Origin: Octopus vulgaris
Lineage: Eukaryota
Direction of reading: 5' to 3'
Assembly (NCBI GenBank): GCA_951406725.2
Contig: OX597815.1
Coordinates: 191,270,001-191,334,000, forward strand
DNA length: 64,000 nt
The notes below the pieces were generated by a model. The model searched no databases. It had not been told where the DNA came from and saw only the letters and a program-made list of their open reading frames with translations. Every line of letters begins with the position of its first letter. Positions within the stretch are counted from its first letter, which is position 1. The position numbers and the translations under genes are program-made. Positions 55,510 to 64,000 of this stretch are shown here, in pieces.

Positions 55510-56430
55510 GCATTAACATGTGGGATACATTTGGCCTGTAGACTTACTGGAATACAAATTCCCAAGTCACAATATTAGATCATACCAGGATGATGGATTA
55601 ACCATATTACATTATTGAAATACCCCCATTCTTGATACTTCAGAAAAACATCTCAAAGCTGGTTTTAAGAACAAAGGCCTTAAAATTATAGTAACCATTA
55701 ACTGAATTAAAATTGACTTTATAAATGCATCCATGGAGTGAGATCCCAATACAGAAAACCTAATAATTTAGATGCATAAATAAGCATATCTACCACTTCA
55801 CCCTTTGTGTTTAAAAACCTTATATGTAGTATTAGTATGAGAATCTCTAATCTCTGCACTTCTAAGGTTAACTTCAATAAGGCAGCCCTTTGTAAAATAG
55901 AACTCTGGCAGATTGTGTCTTCAAGGAAAATATCTCATAAAAAATGCACAGTACTCAATCAGAATCCAGGAATAGACCCAGAAAGATGTAGTCCTTTTTC
56001 TCATACATAGATACAGACACCTGTTTGATCAGGTGTGCAATATGAAGTCAGTAGTCAAACCAGTCAATAATAAGAAAAAAATACATAAGCAAGTGTGAGA
56101 TGGCATTCTAGGAAAGAACTTGCCATTAGATGTCATCCCTCAAACACATTAACAAAAGGAATTCCATGTTGCTAACCAACCACATCTGGAAAATGAGAGA
56201 CCAGAAATTTGACTAGTAAATGGAGGGTGCTCAAAAGATCAAAGCCAGACATAAATGCACAGAGAAAATGCTGATTTTGTGCATTGGAGAAAACACATCC
56301 AGAATAAATCAGAGATCTGGAAGATCTCTATGTTTCACAAATGAGATTTTCACCAAGTGTTTCAACGTAGATAAATTCATCCTTTTAAATTGGAAAAACC
56401 CACCTATGTTGGATAAGAAATACTGAATCC
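55510..56430 (+). mobile_element. Decayed Penelope-like element (RT to GIY-YIG)
   Basis: YQDDGL (PLE YRDDGL) near 55583, KGLKIIVTIN*IKIDFIN, and later CIGEN; many stops and frameshifts. Confidence 0.6.
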
Positions 56431-57287
56431 TACAGTTCAGCTGAAAATATCCTTCGTGTTCTACTTTCTTTTTTCATTCTTCACGATATAATTTTACTCT
56501 CTCACATGCAAACCAACCCACTACTATACAGACTCAACAAACATTTCATCAATCCTAGAGCTATGTATATCAAGATGTAACTCAACATTTAAACTTAAAA
56601 CCTTTCTCCTTTGCCCTTCATAACACACAGTCAAACACATCAACATTCCGATATAGACACACTGCTAACTTGAACCTTTACAAGCATTCCATAGACTTAT
56701 GCTTAAAAATGTTCCAAACTCTAGACTCTCCTAAAGACTAAAGCTAGTCTTCAACATATAAATCCAATATAATTTTTGACCAAATAATTGTTGTTGACAA
56801 AGATCTGGAGATATTTGTATTCACCTCAACAGACGTCATTGATTGGTTGAAATTGCAGAAATGCAAGAAATTAAACAACAAATAGCTTACAAACTACAGA
56901 ATTTTCTCAAGAAAGCCAAGAGAAAAAGATGTTTTATAAACACATTCTACCAGTATAAGAAGTTTAAAAGTTTTTAGTTACAAAGAAATTATTTTCAAAA
57001 ATCTGCCGGTCAAAGCGAAAAGATCCTTAACTTTTAACAGAAAAATATTTTTGAAAAGTTACAGAGGTTTAAAATTTGATAATTTTTAACCAATCAGGAA
57101 ACAAGATTTGGAAACTGTCATTTTGTGCGTGACTGCATGTGTTGTCAACTATAAACCCTAAACCCCAACTGTAAACAAATGAAATACTGGTGGAATTCTG
57201 TTATACGCACACCATACAACTCCTCGTGATTTAAAAAAATTTTTTTGAATTTTAAGAAAATTTTTGCACGTTTGTATTCTACACGTA

Positions 57288-57456
57288 GGCGCAGGAGTGG
57301 CTGTGTGGTAAGTAGCTTGTTTACCAACCACATGGTTCCGGGTTCAGTCCCACTACGTGGCACCTTGGGCAAGTGTCTTCTACTATAGCCTCGGGCCGAC
57401 CAAAGCCTTGTGAGTGGATTTGGTAGATGGAAACTGAAAGAAGCCCGTCGTATATT

Positions 57457-57491
<35 letters not shown>

Positions 57492-57700
57492 ATGTGCTTG
57501 TGTGTCTGTGTTTGTCCTCCCAACATCGCTTGACAACCGATGCTGGTGTGTTTACGTCCCCGTAACTTAGCGGTTCGGCAAAAGAGACCAATAGAATAAG
57601 TACTGGGCTTACAAAAGAATAAGTCCTAGGGTCGATTTGCTCGACTAAAGGTGGTGCTCCAGCATGGCCACAGTCAAATGACTGAAACAAGTAAAAGAGT
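57288..57700 (+). mobile_element. tRNA-derived SINE family A, well-preserved copy
   Basis: Full head-to-tail match to the other family A copies. Confidence 0.85.
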
Positions 57701-57831
57701 ACACACGGGAATTCATACAATTATGCAAAAACCAAAACGAAAACATTTTCAGTGCGTGATTTAAGGTCTATTTAGTTGTTATCTTTAGCACATCTCAGCT
57801 GTCGCAGGGAATAAAACATTTAAAGCCTTAA

Positions 57832-58824
57832 GGGTTACTACTAGCGAATAGTGGTCCCGGTACGCGCAGTCGCGCATCCGCGCTAGCTAGTCGTAAGTAG
57901 TCGATCCTACAACGACTACCTAGCAAAGTAAATAAAACACAAAATAAATAACTTTTTTCGATCTGGATCTTTTCTGTTTGATGGACGGAATTTTCTAGTT
58001 AACTAAACAATTTGAAACTTCGTATACTTGTAGAATGTGTCAAAAGAAAACATTATTGTAAACAAAATAAAAGATCCAGTGTCAAGTTGATCACAGAACT
58101 TGAGGCGATCCAACGAAGCTACACGAAGAAGATAGCCTCTGTGCAGCATATGAGCTACTGGGAGAGACTCAAGAGATTAAAGCTCTATTCCCTGGAGCGT
58201 AGGCGGGAAAGATATGCCATAATGTATACCTGGAAGATCCTGGAGGGTCTTGTCCCAGACTTTGGCATCAAGAGTCACACAAATGCCAGAACCGGACGCC
58301 ACTGCGTAGTACCAAGGACTCCAAATCTGCCATCAAGATGTAGGACAAGATATTGTGATAGCCTGGGCTTCAGAGGCCCACGGCTCTTCAATATCCTCCC
58401 GAAGAACCTGAGGGACCTGCATGGTGTAGATGCGGATGTCTTTAAAGCAGGACTGGATCTTTTCCTGTCAGGTGTCCCGGATGAGCCAACTTCACGACAG
58501 GAGGTGCAGATGATCCCGTGCATCAGATGGCGTTTGCTAAAAAGCATCCGTGAGGTAAAACCGTGTAGCAAACCAAATGGCGGTGCCCCAGCATGGCCAC
58601 AGCTCATTAGCTGAAACTGGAAAAATCAAAATCAAAATCAAATCAATCCTTTTTTTTTTTACGGAGTAAATAATTTTTGTTAAAGTAAATAAAACACAAA
58701 AATACAAAGTAAATAACACACAAAAACACAAAGTAAAGATCGACTAGTCATGACTAGCTGGCGCGGATGCGCGAGTTCCCGAGTGCGCGCACCGGGACCA
58801 CTGTTCTCCCTTAAGTAGTACCCC
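57832..58824. mobile_element. TTAA-targeting TIR element (Kolobok-like) with nested insertions
   Basis: TTAA|GGGTTACTAC...GTAGTACCCC|TTAA; imperfect 75-85 bp GC-rich TIRs (GTGGTCCCGGT, TCGCGCATCCGCGC, AGTCGATC). Purine-purine start fits Kolobok rather than piggyBac. Confidence 0.7.
58078..58645 (+). mobile_element. Second copy of the same CR1/L2-group LINE (3' fragment)
   Basis: Closely similar peptide (SYWERLKRLKLYSLERRRERYAI); (AAAATC)n tail; ATCC at both junctions (58074-58077, 58646-58649). Confidence 0.9.
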
Positions 58825-59097
58825 TTAAGGACCTCTGTCCTTCGTATGTGAGTGAGAAAAGTGATGTGGTGGGCAACTAATTAAATGACGTCGCAAGTTC
58901 TACCAGGTAATAAATCCCTATTAAACGTTTAGTATTTTATAAGAAAGCTACTTAGAGCAGCGGAGATATGGAATGGATGGAACAGCAGAGAAAGCACTGC
59001 GGCAATATTTCTTCTACCTCTAGGGCGGAGAGCGGGCAGAAGCTGGGGCATGCTGAGCAGGCGATCTTCCGTTTTGACTCGAAATAATGTAAACATT

Positions 59098-59186
59098 GAA
59101 TTCGGTGATTTCCGTGACCACATGTTGTCTTGTCGATTGTCAGCTGGGAAGAGAAAGCTAATGAGGTTGTGCGTGCGTGCTTGTTC

Positions 59187-59222
<36 letters not shown>

Positions 59223-59912
59223 GTGCGCGTGCTTGTTCTTGTTTGTGCGCGTGTGTGTTTGTGCGTGTGTGTTTGTGTGTGCATGTTGGCAATCTTTGGC
59301 AATCTTTGGTCTCTAGTAGACCTTTCCGTCGATTTCCGTAAAAGAATTTTTTTTTTTACATATGGGCTTGCGGGAACTTTTGAAGTAATGAGAGCGAAAG
59401 AGACTAAGAGAAAGCGATTGTATGACGAGGGAAGTTCTTTTGAAGTTACCTCTGTCTCTTCACACACACTAACAGAAGCACTTCACTTACACAACATACT
59501 GTCTGTCTCCTACATCCCATCAAACACACACACACATGTACATCAATGCTCCCATGCACGGTAACTTCAAAAGAACTTCCCTCGTCATGCAATCGCTTTC
59601 TCTTAGTCTCTTTCGCTCTCATTACTTCAAAAGTTCCCGCAAGCCCATATGTAAAAAAAAAATTTTTTTACGGAAATCGACGGAAAGGTCTACTAAAGAC
59701 GAAAGATCGCCTGCATGTTTGTTCCTCTGTGTGTTATTTCTACATTCCACAACATATAAATACAAAAAAAAAAAAAACAGACCAGACACACACATATACA
59801 GAACAAGCACACACACACAGAGAGCAACAAGTACGCACGCACCACCCATTAGCTTTCTCTTCCCAACTGACAAGTGACAAGACAACATGTGGTCACGGAA
59901 ATCACCGAATTC
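59098..59912. mobile_element. Foldback/MITE with about 350-bp inverted arms
   Basis: Arms 59098-59450 and 59560-59912 begin GAATTCGGTGATTTCCGTGACCACATGTTGTC; the inner 140 bp are near perfect; 109-bp spacer. Confidence 0.85.
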
Positions 59913-60339
59913 GATATTCTATGTTTTGAGTTCTAATTCCGCCGAAGTCGATTTTACCTTTCATCCTTTCGGGATCGATAAAATAAATACCGGTAGAACA
60001 CTGAGGTAGATGTAATCGACTTATTCTGTCCTCGAAATTGCTGGCCTTGTACTAAAATTTGAAACCATAATTTCTTCTGGTTCTTTACGATTTGAATTTA
60101 AATAGAATACTTCAAATGGATTTATATATCAGGTTATTGCCACATTTTAACCTGTTCTGATTATATCATTATCTTTCCATTTATTTACATTCATCGTCAT
60201 CTTATAAAGTTTGGTCAATAAGGAGATTTAGATGTTTATTTTATACTTTTCGCGACACTATGAATGAATTCCAGATTTTATTTCATAGTTTTTATTTTCA
60301 CATCGGCCTTACTCAGGGGACGTCACTTCAAACGCCTTC

Positions 60340-60352
60340 GTTACATAGCAAC
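60340..60352 (+). promoter_or_regulatory. RFX X-box-like element upstream of CFAP46
   Basis: GTTACATAGCAAC about 230 bp upstream of the ATG; resembles X-box GTTRCCATRGCAAC typical of ciliary genes. Confidence 0.65.
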
Positions 60353-60373
60353 AGAGAGTTAGCTGCCCTTACA

Positions 60374-60383
60374 TGTAAACAAA
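60374..60383 (+). promoter_or_regulatory. Forkhead (FOXJ1-type) site
   Basis: TGTAAACAAA about 20 bp downstream of the X-box; CRE-like GACGTCA at 60319-60325. Confidence 0.45.
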
Positions 60384-60581
60384 GTATTCGACGCTCAACA
60401 AGTCAGATTATCGAAACTTAAAATTATTTGTGTCTGAGTATGAAGTTGTTGGAAAGCTGATATTTTTTTTTTTTTTTTCATCTCATTTAAAGTTTAGCAA
60501 AAGTAGGTGATTAATTTAATTTTATTTTGTTTTTATTTTTACTATTAATTCAATGTCATATGAAATTTAGAAACAATCAAA

Positions 60582-63500
60582 ATGGATATAGAAGTAAAAT
60601 ATTTGATGGATTATGTTGCGAATTGTAACGACGTAGAAGAATGTCAAAAATACATTCGGAAAGCCTTTGATATGATTTTGCAAATGGATCACTTACAGTT
60701 TACAACAGATCTTCCACATGCAACACCAACCGACATTTTAATACAATGCTCCGATTTGGCTATTAGGTGTGCTGCTTATGATATTGCAGAGGAATGCCTC
60801 AATCTCTTTTTTACGAGAGCAGTTGCAACTGACACTAATAGATGTGTGGCATATTTATATATGGCGCAGTTATCGGCACCTACGAATATTTTTGATACTA
60901 CACATTTAGAAAAAGCGGGGCAACATATCACGAGAGCAATCAACTTAGCCGTTAAGAACCCCGCTTTGCACAATGAAATCTATAACGCTTCAATACTTTA
61001 TTGGAGGTTATGCCATCCATTTTTGCGTCCCGGTTTCTATAATTACGTCGTAAACACTTTATATGTTATTGTCAAAGCTCTTAATGATCTGCCCGACATT
61101 AACTATAACTGGAAAGCGATATTGTCCGTAACGCTTATTGAAATGTATTTAAAAACTGGCAAGAAATCTGAAGCTATTGAAATTGCTAAAACAGCAATTG
61201 GTTTTGTTAAAAAATATGCTATAACTTTCTTTAAAAAACTATTTGAACTTATTGTTCGTTATCAACTGGTTGATTCCGTTATGAGCCAAGGACAAATTAA
61301 AAATTCGCCTGAGCTGCATGCTTTTTACTCTATAATGAAGTTGAATTACACTTCTGAAACTAAAGAAATCAGCAGAGAAATATATAAAGTAATGGTGCAG
61401 CTTAACATAGCAACTCTAAGTACTGATAACTTTGGGTATGTTGAAGAGTCAGTTCACGCTAATGCGTCTCCTCGTGAAGGCAAGAAAAAGTCTCCTAGGG
61501 AACTGACGGTACATAGACCTCGACCTCTTTCAGAAGACAATTTAGAACGACAATACTTATTACTTGAGTTGACACGTCTGTGTCTAAAGCATAATTTAGT
61601 ACCATTTGCACAAAAGTGTATTCAAGCAGCTATGAAATCTTCCAATTATAAGAAAGAGTTTTACACTCAGTTTAAGTTTGCAGAAAGTGAAATAATGGTA
61701 AAATTACTTGGTGCCCACCAAGAATCCTATAGCAGGAAATCAGTTAAAATTCGATTAAAAGCAATAAAACTTTGTGAAGAAAACATTATCATAGCTAAGC
61801 AACAGCATGATGCTCATTCTGTTCAGTGTGGATGTGTCACTCTGTGGAATCTTTCTCTTCCATTATTGCAGTCAAATTTACGTTCTCATTTATGTAAACC
61901 ATTAACATTGGTTGCACAGGCACTTGAAGACATTCAGAGTCTATTTATTCAACTTCGGTGCCAGGTTCATCGGGAATTAGCTTTGTGTGAGGAAAAGGAG
62001 CATATAAAAATTGCCATAAGCCACTTAAAAAAAGCTATTGCTTTGGATGGTTCAAAAGTGTATCACAATCAACTGAGTTTGAAATTGAACCGCTTGACAT
62101 TACTATCAGAGATGTATTTCAACCCTGACAATCCAGAGGATATTGCTGGAAAGATCATTGAACAGGCTCGAGAGGTAAAATCACTTGGAACAAAGGAAGG
62201 TATGAGGGCCCTTCTTATAAAAGCAGGAATCACATTGTCACCAGATGCATTCCAAACAGTTCTTGATAGTGAAAGTTTGTTTTATGAAAAGGTCAAGCTT
62301 TCGCCAAATACGACAGATCAGCTTGTTGAACGTGTTCAAAGGTATGATGCTAATATTAAAAAAATTGATGGTCATTTACTTAGAATTGGAGACAGATGTG
62401 ATTATATTCGGATGCATCTTTGGGCAGATTTATCAAAGGTTGCTCGGAAGCATGGAGCTTGGGATGTATGCCGTACAGCAGCTATGTTTTGCCTTCTTTA
62501 TGATGACAATAGATGGCTATCAGCATACAAAGATGTTAGTGTTCCTGCTACAGAATGCAGTTCTGTTGACAGTGCATTGAAATCCGATGAGAATATTGAC
62601 GAAATTTTATATTCCAAAAAGAAAAAAGGTACGGGTGATAAATTGTCCCTCAGTGACCGGGAACATGTTCGTGTTTTAGCAGAGATCAACTTTATTCAAG
62701 GAGAAGCTTGTTTAAACTTGCTTTACCAAGAAAACGTAAAACTAAATGATTTGCCAGTTTATCCTCAAGATTATAGCAAACATGGTAAAAATTACGAAGC
62801 AGCCGATCCAGCTGAAGACAAAGACTGGCAAATATACTGCCAGTGGATTCAGCAAATGAATTCCAAAATTAGTTCTAGTTTTCTTCGAGGTCTTATTCTT
62901 GGATACAACCTGAATGACAGCCACATTGTTGGTAATGCTGCTACTTATCTTTGGAATTACAACCTCCATATTATTGAGCAAAATCGTCAATCTGAAATTG
63001 TTGGTTGTTTTTCAACTATTTTGGAAGGTATGCAAAAAGTTGATTATAGTGAATTTATTATCTTACTTATAAATATCTGTATAAATTTGGCTACAGGACT
63101 TATGATGCCATGGATGCCTTCAATTCCAGATATAAATAATGAATCACCAACTCGACTTTATGCATCTCCAGAAAAATCTGTGTCAAAAAATCAATCAAAA
63201 CCTCCACTGGTGTTAATTCCACCTCAAGCTTTACCTGATCTAAAAAGAGCCATAGAGGTTTGTGAATATGCTATTGATATTACCAATAAAAAAAAGCAAA
63301 TTTCTTCCATACCTTTACCTATGAAAGCTTCATTGTTAAAAACTTGGGTCATAGCTAAGCAAATGTCACAACAGCAGATTAATAGGAATTCAATTAAAGA
63401 TGATGATCCTGAGAAACAATTATCACAAATTATTGTCGATATAGAAATGTATACACATACAAAAAATGGGGTTCTGGAATTCAAAGACCTATTGCCATTG

Positions 63501-64000
63501 CCAAACTTAGTGGCCACAGTACTGAAACATCTCTGGAGAGATAATTTGCTTAAACTACAGCTTTGTACTCAATTAGCTGAAATTCTCTATAATTATAAAA
63601 ATTATGAGCTTGTGATAAAAGTTGCAAAAGCAGTAACAGATTCATATTTGACTGAAATATCTGTTGCTTGTGCAAAAGAGAAGACTGGAAGTGGCATAAA
63701 TAATGGTTACATGGAAGAAAAAGTTAGTTATTTGTTTCTTTTGATGGGTCAAAGTATGACCGAAAATATGGAAGGGCAAACTGATCGGTGGGAAACTATA
63801 AATAATTTTATAAAAGCTGCAGAGTTTTCCATTCCATCACATAATTATCAGATTTTGATGAAAGCTGCCAGAAATTATTGGAATACAATTCTACCTTTGA
63901 TAAATATTAGCTCCGAAAGAAAATCTCTGAAAGCGTCTCTTCAAGAAATTCTTTCCTATATATCCAAAGTCACAAACAAAATCACAGAGTTAAACAGTAT
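60582..64000 (+). CDS. CFAP46: Cilia- and flagella-associated protein 46 (TTC40)-like, 5' part; single long ORF running off the window
   Basis: aaaATGG start with in-frame TGA upstream (60561). Translation MDIEVKYL...IYNASILYWRLCHPFLRPG...VTLWNLSLPLLQSNLRSHLCKPL...LWADLSKVARKHGAWDVCRTAAMFCLLYD...AARNYWN resembles recalled CFAP46 motifs ([45 protein letters not shown]). Translated by hand to about 61860 and spot-checked in the same frame at about 62400 and at the end. Absent from the ORF track because there is no stop in the window. Confidence 0.9.
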   Translation, partial: MDIEVKYLMDYVANCNDVEECQKYIRKAFDMILQMDHLQFTTDLPHATPTDILIQCSDLAIRCAAYDIAEECLNLFFTRAVATDTNRCVAYLYMAQLSAPTNIFDTTHLEKAGQHITRAINLAVKNPALHNEIYNASILYWRLCHPFLRPGFYNYVVNTLYVIVKALNDLPDINYNWKAILSVTLIEMYLKTGKKSEAIEIAKTAIGFVKKYAITFFKKLFELIVRYQLVDSVMSQGQIKNSPELHAFYSIMKLNYTSETKEISREIYKVMVQLNIATLSTDNFGYVEESVHANASPREGKKKSPRELTVHRPRPLSEDNLERQYLLLELTRLCLKHNLVPFAQKCIQAAMKSSNYKKEFYTQFKFAESEIMVKLLGAHQESYSRKSVKIRLKAIKLCEENIIIAKQQHDAHSVQCGCVTLWNLSLPLLQSNLRSHLCKPLTLVAQALEDIQSLFIQLRCQVHRELALCEEKEHIKIAISHLKKAIALDGSKVYHNQLSLKLNRLTLLSEMYFNPDNPEDIAGKIIEQAREVKSLGTKEGMRALLIKAGITLSPDAFQTVLDSESLFYEKVKLSPNTTDQLVERVQRYDANIKKIDGHLLRIGDRCDYIRMHLWADLSKVARKHGAWDVCRTAAMFCLLYDDNRWLSAYKDVSVPATECSSVDSALKSDENIDEILYSKKKKGTGDKLSLSDREHVRVLAEINFIQGEACLNLLYQENVKLNDLPVYPQDYSKHGKNYEAADPAEDKDWQIYCQWIQQMNSKISSSFLRGLILGYNLNDSHIVGNAATYLWNYNLHIIEQNRQSEIVGCFSTILEGMQKVDYSEFIILLINICINLATGLMMPWMPSIPDINNESPTRLYASPEKSVSKNQSKPPLVLIPPQALPDLKRAIEVCEYAIDITNKKKQISSIPLPMKASLLKTWVIAKQMSQQQINRNSIKDDDPEKQLSQIIVDIEMYTHTKNGVLEFKDLLPLPNLVATVLKHLWRDNLLKLQLCTQLAEILYNYKNYELVIKVAKAVTDSYLTEISVACAKEKTGSGINNGYMEEKVSYLFLLMGQSMTENMEGQTDRWETINNFIKAAEFSIPSHNYQILMKAARNYWNTILPLINISSERKSLKASLQEILSYISKVTNKITELNS

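Noticed and set aside
62245-63517. Short alternative-frame and antisense ORFs
   Set aside because: Shadows of the long CFAP46 frame.

Overview
Eukaryotic, AT-rich, repeat-dense animal DNA. The SINE, MITE and microsatellite landscape resembles an octopus (coleoid cephalopod) genome; that taxon call is inference. Two protein-coding genes lie on the + strand. (1) The last seven coding exons of a LIV-1-family zinc transporter, SLC39A13/ZIP13, span 4844-40348 with GT-AG introns of 2-13 kb and consistent phases; its 5' exons are upstream of the window. (2) The start of a CFAP46 (TTC40)-like motile-cilium gene is one uninterrupted ORF from ATG 60582 to the window end (>1130 codons, no intron), preceded by an RFX X-box and a forkhead site. 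The rest is four tRNA-type SINE families, truncated LINEs (CR1/L2-, RTE- and R4/Dong-like), decayed Penelope-like elements with minimal hammerhead-ribozyme motifs, non-autonomous Helitrons, MITEs (piggyBac-, Kolobok-, mariner-, Mutator-type), several long hairpins, a 98-bp higher-order minisatellite with an inverted junction, and a 168-bp triplication. Most ORFs in the supplied track are spurious. All homology calls come from motif recognition, not database searches.
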